Shown: positions 28,662-36,845 of the stretch, piece by piece | How the letters are laid out: each line of letters starts with the position of its first letter | How positions within the stretch are numbered: position 1 is the first letter of the stretch | From: an uncultured Candidatus Micrarchaeota archaeon | GTDB lineage: Archaea > Micrarchaeota > Micrarchaeia > Micrarchaeales > Micrarchaeaceae | Direction of reading: 5' to 3' | NCBI GenBank assembly: GCA_963741095.1 | Contig: CAVUGN010000005.1 | Coordinates: 64,001-128,000, forward strand | Length of the DNA: 64,000 bases | Made by a program: the position numbers and the translations under genes | Notes under the pieces: generated by a model | Told to the model about the DNA's origin: nothing | Databases searched by the model: none | What the model saw: only the letters and a program-made list of their open reading frames with translations

Positions 28662-29609
28662 TCACTTACCCTTTGCCGCAGCTTCGAGCAGCTTCCTTGT
28701 CTCTTCGTCCTTTGCGTAATCCGCTGCCGTCTTTCCCATAACGTCTTTTATGCTCACGTCTGCGCCGTTGGCCAGCAGCGTCTTGATGACCTCTTTGCGT
28801 TCATTTTTTGTGGCGGATATCAGCGCCGTGCCGCCGTAGTCAAGGTTCGGATGGTTTACATTCTCGCCGTTCTTCAGCAGCATGAGAACAGTCTTGTTGC
28901 AGCCGTCCTGAGCGGCATAGGATAACAGAGTATCACTGGCAACCGCCCTTATGCTTGGATCTGCCCCGTGGCTCAGCAGCATTTCAGCGATCTCGACGTT
29001 GGTAAGTTCCAGAGCGTGCATCAGGGCGTTATCGCCGTACTTGTCCTTCACATCGAGGTCCGGATTCCTCTCCAGCAGTACTTCGACAACCAGTTTGTAG
29101 CCCTTTGTCGAGGCCATCATCAGCGCGGTCCTGCCCTCATCATCCTGGGCGTTCACGTTCGCGCCGCTGTCCAGCAAAATCTCGGCGCCTTTGTCATTGC
29201 CATGGTACGCAGCGGCCATCAGCGCCGTAAAGTTGGTGCTCAGGATGTCACTGTCCCGCAAGTTAACGTCGGCGCCTTTGTCTATCAGCAATTTCAGGAT
29301 ATCGTTGTTGCGATACATTGCAGCTCCCAGTAGCGGTGTGCCCCCATCCTTTGCAATCGTGTTTATGTCCGCACCGCGGCTTATCAGCTCATTGATCCTA
29401 TCGACTGATACTGATTTTTTTATTGTTTCATGGATCAGTTCTACCCCAAGCGCCTTCGCCTCTTCGTCCTGCCTTCTCAGGCTCTCCCTTATACCCCTGA
29501 GTTCCGCGCCTGCCGTATTGCCGGATTCATCGATCTTGTTGAGGTACGCTTTGAGCGCTTCCACTCTGTTTGTGGTCATTTTCCCGTTGTGGTCCGCGTT
29601 TTTCTCCAT
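28662..29609 (-). CDS. Ankyrin-repeat protein with leader motif
   Basis: NGKMTTNRVEALKAYL plus ~7 ankyrin repeats. Confidence 0.92.
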   Translation of the reverse strand: MEKNADHNGKMTTNRVEALKAYLNKIDESGNTAGAELRGIRESLRRQDEEAKALGVELIHETIKKSVSVDRINELISRGADINTIAKDGGTPLLGAAMYRNNDILKLLIDKGADVNLRDSDILSTNFTALMAAAYHGNDKGAEILLDSGANVNAQDDEGRTALMMASTKGYKLVVEVLLERNPDLDVKDKYGDNALMHALELTNVEIAEMLLSHGADPSIRAVASDTLLSYAAQDGCNKTVLMLLKNGENVNHPNLDYGGTALISATKNERKEVIKTLLANGADVSIKDVMGKTAADYAKDEETRKLLEAAAKGK

Positions 29610-29610
29610 T

Positions 29611-30561
29611 TCACTTGCCCTTTGCGGCGTCCTTGAGCATCCTTTCGATGTTTTTGTTGCTCTGCGCGTAATAAGCGGCCGTATGGCCGTCTTTGTTCTT
29701 CACGCGAGCATCGGCACCATTCTCCAGCAGAAGCTTGACGATCTTTTCATGCCCGAGCTCTGACGCGTCGAAGAGCGCCGTCTTGCCCCTATCGTCCTGC
29801 GCGTTCACATCGACTTTGTATTTCAACAGCAGCCCGACAAGCCTCTCTTTGCCGCAGCACGCTGCGCCGCTCAGCGCGGTCAAGCCAGAGTTGGTTTTCA
29901 GGTTCGGGTCGGCGCCGTTCTCCAGAAGGGTCTTGAACACTTTTTCGTGGCCCTTGTCTGCGGCCCACATCAGCGGCGTCAAGCCGCTGTTTTTCTCCCG
30001 GTTGTTCACGTCGGCGCCGTGGCTTATCAGCAATCTTAAGAGATCGTCAGAATTAACCAGCGTGGCATTAACCAGCGCGGTCTCGCCGTCTTTGTTCTTT
30101 AGGTTGATGTCCGCGCCCCAGTTTATCAGCATCCTTGCAACTTCGCCTTTGGCGTTGTATGAAGCGCGCATCAGCGCAGTGTCGCCCGCTATGTTCTGGA
30201 TGTCGATGCCGGCACCGAGCTCCAGCAATGTTTCGACGTTTTTTGCGAACTCATAGACTGAGGACATGATCAGCGCAGTGTCGCCCTGATTGTCCTGCGC
30301 GTCGATGTTCGCGCCCTTGGCCACCAGTTCCCTGATTTTGTCGGTGTTCCGGCCTTGTGAATGCGCTTCCGACCAGAGTGCCCTGTTAAGTGCGTCCTGT
30401 TCTTTTTCATCCAGAAGGGGCCTTGGGGCGCTGCGCTTCAACTTTGCAATCTCCTTGTTGACTCCAGTGCCCAACGGCCCGTCGGCCTGCCGTACGAATT
30501 CCTTCAGCACTTCCACTCGCTGCGGCGTCATCTTTCCGTTATTCGGTAAATTTGTCTCCAT
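29611..30561 (-). CDS. Ankyrin-repeat protein with leader motif
   Basis: NGKMTPQRVEVLKEFVRQAD plus ~7 ankyrin repeats; start at METN. Confidence 0.92.
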   Translation of the reverse strand: METNLPNNGKMTPQRVEVLKEFVRQADGPLGTGVNKEIAKLKRSAPRPLLDEKEQDALNRALWSEAHSQGRNTDKIRELVAKGANIDAQDNQGDTALIMSSVYEFAKNVETLLELGAGIDIQNIAGDTALMRASYNAKGEVARMLINWGADINLKNKDGETALVNATLVNSDDLLRLLISHGADVNNREKNSGLTPLMWAADKGHEKVFKTLLENGADPNLKTNSGLTALSGAACCGKERLVGLLLKYKVDVNAQDDRGKTALFDASELGHEKIVKLLLENGADARVKNKDGHTAAYYAQSNKNIERMLKDAAKGK

Positions 30562-30562
30562 C

Positions 30563-31105
30563 TCACTTCGCCTTGACCGCATTTTCGAGCAGCTTCTTTA
30601 TGCTATTCTTTATAGTGTGATCCGCTGCGGTCCTGCCGTCCTTGTCCTTCATGCTCGCGTCTGCGCCGTTGTGCAGCAATATCTTGGCAAGCTCATCGCT
30701 ATTGTTCCAGGTAGCGCGCATCAGCGCGGTCCATCCGTTTTTGTCGGTCATGTTCACCTCGGCGCCGTTGCTCAGCAGCATCTTGACAACTTCGGCATGC
30801 TTGTGCAGAACAGCCATCATCAGCGGCGTCCTGCCGTGCAAGTCTTTAACATCAACTTCGGCCCCTTGCCGTATCAGCTCCCTGATTTTGTCGGTGTCCG
30901 CATACCGCATTGATATCTTATCGAACAGTTTTAGCCCGAGCTCCCTTGCCTCCGAGCTCGCGGCGTCTTTCCTTGTTAAGCCCATCCCCGCAGCCTGCTT
31001 GCTTATTTCGGTGCCTGAAGACCCTTCGGCTTGGCGGATGAATGCCTTTATCGCTTCGACTCGCTGCGCGTTCATCTTTCCGTTCTGGTTTGCGTTAGTA
31101 GTCAT
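30563..31105 (-). CDS. Ankyrin-repeat protein with leader motif
   Basis: NGKMNAQRVEAIKAFIRQAE plus ~3 repeats. Confidence 0.92.
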   Translation of the reverse strand: MTTNANQNGKMNAQRVEAIKAFIRQAEGSSGTEISKQAAGMGLTRKDAASSEARELGLKLFDKISMRYADTDKIRELIRQGAEVDVKDLHGRTPLMMAVLHKHAEVVKMLLSNGAEVNMTDKNGWTALMRATWNNSDELAKILLHNGADASMKDKDGRTAADHTIKNSIKKLLENAVKAK

Positions 31106-31841
31106 AGGGCCTGCCCTCTATTGCGTTACGTAGCAACTTCTGTATGCCTAGGTCATCTGTGAGCTTCTCGGCAGTCATGCCGTACTCCCACTCCTGAGCA
31201 GGGTCGGCGCCGTGCTCAAGCAACATCCTGACGATTTCGGCGTGGCGGTTCGTTGCGGCTGACAGCAACGGTGTCCATTTGTTGTTAGCCATTGTATCTG
31301 GATTGGCGCCGCTTTCAAGCAGCATTTCGGCAATCTTGGGATGCCCTACGTGGGCAGCAATCCCCAGAGCGGTTTTGCCATTTTTGGCTGTTGAATTCAC
31401 ATTCGCCCCATAGTCCAACAGCATCTTTGCAATCTCTTCCTGATTGTGTCTCGCAGCGTGCAGCAGCGCAGTCTCGCCATCCCTATCTTTTACATCAACA
31501 TCAGCGCCGCCGCGTATCAGTATCTCAGCAAAATCCTTAAGACCGCTGACCGTAACCCACATCAGCGCGGTGGTGTCGGCGTATTCTTTTATATCCAAGT
31601 CTGCCCCGCGATCTACGAGCGCACGGACCTTGTCAAGATCGGGTTTATCTTCATGCGTTTCTTTGAGTATCTCATCCCCCAGCGCTTTCGCCTCCTTTTC
31701 GCTGATGATAGGTCTTATCGGATTGCTCCTCATCTTCGCGATCTGCTTGGTGGCCATGCCTTCCGACTGCCGAACGAACGCTTTTAGCGCGTCCACTCTG
31801 TCTGTAGTCATCTTTCCGTTCTTGTTTGCGCTTGCTTCCAT
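31095..31841 (-). CDS. Ankyrin-repeat protein with leader motif
   Basis: NGKMTTDRVDALKAFVRQSE plus ~5 repeats; start at MEAS. Confidence 0.92.
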   Translation of the reverse strand: MEASANKNGKMTTDRVDALKAFVRQSEGMATKQIAKMRSNPIRPIISEKEAKALGDEILKETHEDKPDLDKVRALVDRGADLDIKEYADTTALMWVTVSGLKDFAEILIRGGADVDVKDRDGETALLHAARHNQEEIAKMLLDYGANVNSTAKNGKTALGIAAHVGHPKIAEMLLESGANPDTMANNKWTPLLSAATNRHAEIVRMLLEHGADPAQEWEYGMTAEKLTDDLGIQKLLRNAIEGRPYDY

Positions 31842-31842
31842 C

Positions 31843-32490
31843 TCACCTACCCTTCGCGGCACGTTCAAGAAGCTCTTTCATGTCTTTGGTCTTGGCGTAG
31901 TCCAGGGCAATCCTGCCCTGCGGGTCTTTTACGTTCACGTCGGCAAGGCTGCTTATCAGTTTCAAAGCGATCTCGTAATTGCCTGCCTCTGAGGCCATCA
32001 TCAGCGCCGTCAACCCCTGACCGTTCTGAATGTCCGGATTGGCGCCCATGTCCAACAGCGTCCAGACAACTGCCCTTTCGTCATTGCGCAAAGCCATCAT
32101 CAGCGCGGTGTCGCCGTCAACGTCCTTCAGATCCACCCCTGCGCCGTTCTTTATCAATAGCCCTACAACTTCATCATTGCCAGTGACCGAAGCACGCATC
32201 AGAGGAGTCAAGCAATCCTTGACGTGCGCATTGACGTCTGCGCCCTTGGCTATCAGCTCCTTGATCTTATTGGTCGAGGCTGATCCGCCCTTTTCTGTTT
32301 CTTCGAGGATCTTCATCCCGAGCTCCCAGGCCTTCCTTTTACTCACAATGGCTTTGCCCGGATCGCCCAGTTCTGCGACCTGCTTGCGGATAGCACTGCC
32401 CGTTGGTCCGTCGGCCTGCCTGACGAAATTGCTGAGCGCTGCCACTCTGTCGATTGTCATCTTCCCATTATTGTCTGCACTGTGCTCCAT
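31843..32490 (-). CDS. Ankyrin-repeat protein with leader motif
   Basis: NGKMTIDRVAALSNFVRQAD plus ~4 repeats. Confidence 0.92.
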   Translation of the reverse strand: MEHSADNNGKMTIDRVAALSNFVRQADGPTGSAIRKQVAELGDPGKAIVSKRKAWELGMKILEETEKGGSASTNKIKELIAKGADVNAHVKDCLTPLMRASVTGNDEVVGLLIKNGAGVDLKDVDGDTALMMALRNDERAVVWTLLDMGANPDIQNGQGLTALMMASEAGNYEIALKLISSLADVNVKDPQGRIALDYAKTKDMKELLERAAKGR

Positions 32491-32622
32491 TTTGTCGTCA
32501 CTTTTCAGCGTCTTACGTAGACGATGCCGTACATAGGAATTGGGTCGCAGGAGATATTTATAGACGAAGTTAGCCTTCGTCTATTGACGATTCGAGTTCA
32601 TTTCTAAGAAAGTGTTGGAGGA

Positions 32623-33165
32623 TTAATTTGTTTGCTGCTTTGGAAGAATCTGGCTTTTTGCCAGCTTCTCCATCGTGTCTTGTGTGGCCGTGGAATTGCG
32701 CGCCACATGCATCTTAATCTTCTTTCCCTTGTCGTTTGCCAGCTTCTCCAATGTTGCTATTGACGTAGGCGTGCTCGGTATGGACCGCGGCATCGGTGGG
32801 ATGGATAGGGATCTGAAAATGACGTCACTCTCGTACGCGAGGTCGTAGACATTGTACACCTGCGTGTTGCTGATGAAGTACTTCGTCGGGCCAAGCGGTT
32901 CTGGCATATCGTAGAGCGCCTTATGGCCGTTTTCATAGCGGTTTATCTTGCTTATGCGATCCGCATCCGCTTCCGATATCTCATGGGCCGAATAGACGGT
33001 TCCTTCGTCCGAGAATCTGGATATTGCAGTAACGAGGTACACGGATCTCTCGTTCGTGCCGCGCTTCATGCCCATGACCTCCTTGTCTGCGGCCCCGCCG
33101 GACTGCTGGACGAACGCCTTTATCGCTTCGGCTCGCTCCGGAGTCATCCTTCCGTCCTTGAGCAT
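32623..33165 (-). CDS. Leader-motif protein, non-ankyrin, with C-terminal LRV-like repeats
   Basis: DGRMTPERAEAIKAFVQQS leader; TLEKLAND...VARNS...MEKLAK. Confidence 0.75.
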   Translation of the reverse strand: MLKDGRMTPERAEAIKAFVQQSGGAADKEVMGMKRGTNERSVYLVTAISRFSDEGTVYSAHEISEADADRISKINRYENGHKALYDMPEPLGPTKYFISNTQVYNVYDLAYESDVIFRSLSIPPMPRSIPSTPTSIATLEKLANDKGKKIKMHVARNSTATQDTMEKLAKSQILPKQQTN

Positions 33166-33176
33166 TGGCTTCCATT

Positions 33177-33449
33177 TTACCTTGCCTTCCTGTACTCGTA
33201 ATGGCTTACGACCCTGCCGTATTTGTTGCTTATGTTCCTTGAGATGTAATTTGTCACATTGACAGGCTCCTTCCCGTTCATGAACCTGGCCTTGACTATG
33301 AAGCCGCAGTCGCCCTCCGTCAGGTAAACGGATTCTACAGGCTCGAGCGCTATGAGCTTCTCCGCAAGCTCTCCAGCGTTGACACTGGGCCTTGGTTTTA
33401 TGAAGTAGAACTTGCTCATCAGGCCGCGCTTCGTGCTGCCGTTCCTCAT
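33177..33449 (-). CDS. Stand-alone Lrp/AsnC ligand-binding (RAM) domain protein
   Basis: VESVYLTEGDCGFIVK pattern; ATG 33449 overlaps upstream TGA. Confidence 0.7.
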   Translation of the reverse strand: MRNGSTKRGLMSKFYFIKPRPSVNAGELAEKLIALEPVESVYLTEGDCGFIVKARFMNGKEPVNVTNYISRNISNKYGRVVSHYEYRKAR

Positions 33450-33538
33450 ATCAGCACGTGGGCAGCGATTATAGCAACAGAGGCTATTATCCCAACAACA
33501 GACGCCACCAATCCAACAAAATACATTTCGGTTATCAT
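33446..33538 (-). CDS. 30-aa single-TM peptide (not in ORF track)
   Basis: MITEMYFVGLVASVVGIIASVAIIAAHVLI*; GGTGGA RBS-like upstream; ATGA overlap with next gene. Confidence 0.55.
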   Translation of the reverse strand: MITEMYFVGLVASVVGIIASVAIIAAHVLI

Positions 33539-33901
33539 TCATCCACCAATCAAGCATAAGTCGGGTAGAACGATGGAGTAAGGAAGAAGATGAAATAGGC
33601 TATCAACCTAGTCCCTATTCTGCTTTCCAGTGTGTGGTAGGAATGGTAGAGAACAGTCTTCCAAGAGGTAGTATTGCAACCCCTTACAATGGTCTTCCTT
33701 CGAAGATCAACGTTACCCATTTGGTTCCACCCATAGATATTATGAAGTTTGTTGTATTTAGGGGTGCCACACAATTTGTAGGCGAAAAGCGTACACAAAA
33801 ACAAATTTTACATTACTAAGGTCGTTTATTATCTAAATCTTGTAGTATTGCAATTCAAAAATGCCACAAGACTTAAATATTTATTGTAGTATCATATTAC
33901 T

Positions 33902-35290
33902 ATGAAAGACGTTCCAAAGGCGATTAGCGAGGAATTTGGAAGATTGAAGAGGAAATATCCCTTTTATATAGTCCTTACGAGCAAGAACGGTCACTATTAT
34001 GTTTACAGGCACCAAGGGCAGTATGTAAAAAGAACAGGAAAGATCAGATCGATAAGGACGTACTTAGGTAGGATAACTCCATCTGGAGAATTCCTGAAGC
34101 GGGCAGTATTGACGGACAATGACGTAGAAAAAGCAAAAGCTATTATTCTAGCCCATGGAGGCAAGGTGGTACTACCTGAGGAGAGTTTGGTAATCAAACC
34201 CGAAGGTGCAAATGAAGAACCATATGAAAGGCGGATATTGACTTTGTTGAGCACTGATGCGCGCATGGGTGTTTTAGAGATAAGCAAGCAGATTGGATTG
34301 TCTTACGCTGCAACGTTAAACAGGATAAAAAAGATAGAAGAGAAATATGGGATAAAATACACAATCGAATATGGATTTCTTGATAGATTTAATATTCATA
34401 GATTTCTTGCGATAGCAAAGTTTACGGACAAAATACCCGATACACTAGAAGTCAAAAAATTGATAGAGTCAGAGCCCAGAGTCCAACTTGCATTGTGGGC
34501 AGTAGGTGGGTATAATTTGATACTTTTTATGCTCGCATCCACTCCAGCAGAAGCCGAAGACTTAGTTTACAAACTGCGATCAGATCCAGTATTGAGTGAT
34601 TACTCGGCAGATTGGTATTCGAGCTATTTTACTCACGGGTATGGGTATGTTCCTTTGAGGGATAAATTTTTTGAGTTGATCAAAGAGAGAGTTTGGCGAA
34701 GGACGAAGGAATCGCCTAGAAAGTTACCGGGGCAGATTTTCTACAGAGAGTACGCTACAATGAGAGAGTTAAATGTAAATGGATTGGCGGACTTCTCTTT
34801 TATAGATAAAAAGTATAAGTTGAATAAGGGTTCCGCACAGTACACTTATCATGAATTGATAAAAAATGAGAATGTTTGGAGAGTAACCGTAACAATGGAA
34901 AACCCCCCGATAAAGGATGTTGTAATAATAAATTTAGAGCAGGAAGATATCGGAAAATTTAACCGGAATAGGAGAGAGTATTTGTTACATCAGTTAGATG
35001 AAAGTGATGCTCCGCTTAATAAGTATCTTTACACGGGTGATGTTGGTTCTCCTTACGGCATTATGCTTGTAGCTCCGTTGTATAAGGAGGGGGATTTGGA
35101 TGCATTATTATCTACCTTAAACAAAGTTGCAAAAGGTGTACGGATAAGAACTTCGATTGTAAGTAGCATATTGGTAGGCAATCTTGGATTCCGAAAGATA
35201 GATTCAACTAAAACGTTATGGTATAAACTTATGAAAAATCGGATTGAAGAACAGATAGTAAGTGCTAAAACTGATGATGAGAACGATTAG
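33902..35290 (+). CDS. Large Lrp/AsnC-family regulator (N-terminal YYVY..YLGRI domain plus HTH and duplicated RAM-like domains)
   Basis: RILTLLSTDARMGVLEISKQIGLSYAATLNRIKKIE AsnC HTH; GGYNLILF; AT-rich. Confidence 0.75.
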   Translation: MKDVPKAISEEFGRLKRKYPFYIVLTSKNGHYYVYRHQGQYVKRTGKIRSIRTYLGRITPSGEFLKRAVLTDNDVEKAKAIILAHGGKVVLPEESLVIKPEGANEEPYERRILTLLSTDARMGVLEISKQIGLSYAATLNRIKKIEEKYGIKYTIEYGFLDRFNIHRFLAIAKFTDKIPDTLEVKKLIESEPRVQLALWAVGGYNLILFMLASTPAEAEDLVYKLRSDPVLSDYSADWYSSYFTHGYGYVPLRDKFFELIKERVWRRTKESPRKLPGQIFYREYATMRELNVNGLADFSFIDKKYKLNKGSAQYTYHELIKNENVWRVTVTMENPPIKDVVIINLEQEDIGKFNRNRREYLLHQLDESDAPLNKYLYTGDVGSPYGIMLVAPLYKEGDLDALLSTLNKVAKGVRIRTSIVSSILVGNLGFRKIDSTKTLWYKLMKNRIEEQIVSAKTDDEND

Positions 35291-35299
35291 ATGATATGT

Positions 35300-35323
35300 T
35301 TATGCGCCGTTTCCTCCCAACAT
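35300..35323 (-). CDS. Micro-ORF MLGGNGA
   Basis: TTTAAAG box at 35354-35360; RBS AGGTGA-AATC-ATG; TAA stop. Confidence 0.55.
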   Translation of the reverse strand: MLGGNGA

Positions 35324-35519
35324 GATTTCACCTGTTATAGCATCTCGGATAAGCTTTAAATGGCTTGCGTTTTGCATGATTTAGCGCATTCTATGCGTTG
35401 CTCGAATTGCCTCTTTACGCTCTTTTAGATTACAATATAACGGGTATAAACCAGTAAAGAATCGGTTAAACGAGGATTAAATAGTACAGCTACTAGCTAA
35501 GAATAGTTTAATTACCTGT

Positions 35520-35546
35520 TTATGTTGCTCCGTCTCCGCCTGTCAT
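35520..35546 (-). CDS. Micro-ORF MTGGDGAT
   Basis: TTTAAGG box at 35576-35582; CAGTGAGATT-ATG; TAA stop. Confidence 0.55.
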   Translation of the reverse strand: MTGGDGAT

Positions 35547-35619
35547 AATCTCACTGTTTAAGCATCTCTGAGAAGCCTTAAATATTTTGCGCCAAGCAAA
35601 ATTTTCTTCTAAAAGGGCC

Positions 35620-35643
35620 TTATGGTCCATCGCCACCGTTCAT
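35620..35643 (-). CDS. Micro-ORF MNGGDGP
   Basis: Third unit of a tandem run; TAA stop; weak RBS. Confidence 0.45.
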   Translation of the reverse strand: MNGGDGP

Positions 35644-35662
35644 CTTTTAGTCATTTCCGATA

Positions 35663-35686
35663 TTACCCCGTTTCGCCTCCTTCCAT
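35663..35686 (-). CDS. Micro-ORF MEGGETG
   Basis: AAGTGA-AATC-ATG; TAA stop. Confidence 0.55.
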   Translation of the reverse strand: MEGGETG

Positions 35687-35705
35687 GATTTCACTTATCT
35701 GGATA

Positions 35706-35732
35706 TTAACCTCCAGATCCGCCTCCTTCCAT
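35706..35732 (-). CDS. Micro-ORF MEGGGSGG
   Basis: TTTAAGG box at 35761-35767; CAGTGAGATC-ATG; TAA stop. Confidence 0.55.
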   Translation of the reverse strand: MEGGGSGG

Positions 35733-35857
35733 GATCTCACTGACAGCTATCTCTGGAAAGCCTTAAATGGTTTTTGTCTTTTATGGCCAAGGGATATGAG
35801 CACACTTTCATGCGCTCCTTGAGTTGATAATATAAATCTTAAGGTAGAATCGTTACC

Positions 35858-36055
35858 ATGGGAATTTTGGACCATCTAAAGAAGTTCATCGACGACTGCA
35901 AGCACGTGCTGAGCGTAAGCTACAAGCCGAGCCCGGAGGAGTTCAGCAAGAGCGCGAAGCTGATAATAATAGGCATACTGCTCATGGGCCTCCTGGGCTT
36001 CCTGATAGCGGTCGTAATCTCTTACATCATAACGGGCTCGCTCACGCTCATATGA
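35858..36055 (+). CDS. secE: Preprotein translocase SecE/Sec61gamma
   Basis: VLSVSYKPSPEEFSK..IGILLMGLLGF. Confidence 0.9.
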   Translation: MGILDHLKKFIDDCKHVLSVSYKPSPEEFSKSAKLIIIGILLMGLLGFLIAVVISYIITGSLTLI

Positions 36056-36059
36056 TTGG

Positions 36060-36845
36060 ATGAAGGCAAAGATAGACTTCACGAGATCCGCGCAGCAGAA
36101 CGCCAACGAGTACTACAAGGCATCGAAGAAGCTCGCCTCGAAGAAGGAGGGCGCCGAGAGGACCGTGAAGGAACTGGAGAAGAAGCTCGCAGATGCGGAG
36201 AGGAGGCAGCAGAAGCGGGAGTTGAAGGAGAAGCAGAAGTTCATGATCAAGAAGGAGAAGCAGTGGTACGAGAAGTTCCACTGGTTCTTCACCAGCACAG
36301 GCATGCTCGCCGTGGGGGGCAGGGACGCACAGCAGAACGACATGATAAACTCGAGGTACTTCTCTGAAAATGACTTATTCTTCCATGCGGAGATATTCGG
36401 CGCTTCTGTTGTAGTGCTAAAGGATGGGCTGAACGCGAACAAGGAGACAAAGGAAGAGGTGGCCCAGTTCGCCGCGTGCTATTCCAGCGCCTGGGAGTCC
36501 GGGATGAAGGTCGTTGACGTCTACGCGATGAGGCGCGAGCAGATAAGCAAGCTTACCGGCAAGGCTGGCAGTTTTCTACTTAGTGGCGAGCGCGAATGGC
36601 ACAGGAACACGCAGCTGTCGCTCGTGATGTTCATGAAGGAGGGAAGGCTCAATGCAGTTCCTGCGGTTGCCTTCGAGAGGATGGACAAGACCCAGAAGCA
36701 CGTCTTCATCAACCAGGGCAACAGGAAGAAGTCCGACGCGGCGAAGAGGATATCGGAATTGTTGGAGTACAACGACCTCGACGAGATAATAAGGCAGTTG
36801 CCCACGGGCAGCTTCAGCGTCACCACAGGCACGCAGAAGCAGTGA
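36060..36845 (+). CDS. NFACT-R (Rqc2 C-terminal) domain protein
   Basis: NANEYY, WYEKFHWF, GGRDAQQND, FHAEIFGAS, GSF. Confidence 0.88.
   Translation: MKAKIDFTRSAQQNANEYYKASKKLASKKEGAERTVKELEKKLADAERRQQKRELKEKQKFMIKKEKQWYEKFHWFFTSTGMLAVGGRDAQQNDMINSRYFSENDLFFHAEIFGASVVVLKDGLNANKETKEEVAQFAACYSSAWESGMKVVDVYAMRREQISKLTGKAGSFLLSGEREWHRNTQLSLVMFMKEGRLNAVPAVAFERMDKTQKHVFINQGNRKKSDAAKRISELLEYNDLDEIIRQLPTGSFSVTTGTQKQ

Noticed and set aside
28364-33165. Diversity-generating retroelement acting on the ankyrin array
   Set aside because: No reverse transcriptase and no long TR/VR pair with adenine-specific differences visible
33550-33819. ORFs of 84 and 61 aa, and a short MGGTKWVTLIFEGRPL ORF
   Set aside because: No motif or clear RBS; the short ORF does not match the M-x-G-G pattern or length
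35296-35770. Micro-ORF repeats as CRISPR or replication-origin ORB boxes
   Set aside because: Units are degenerate and irregularly spaced, with TATA-RBS-ATG-stop structure; no cas or cdc6 adjacent
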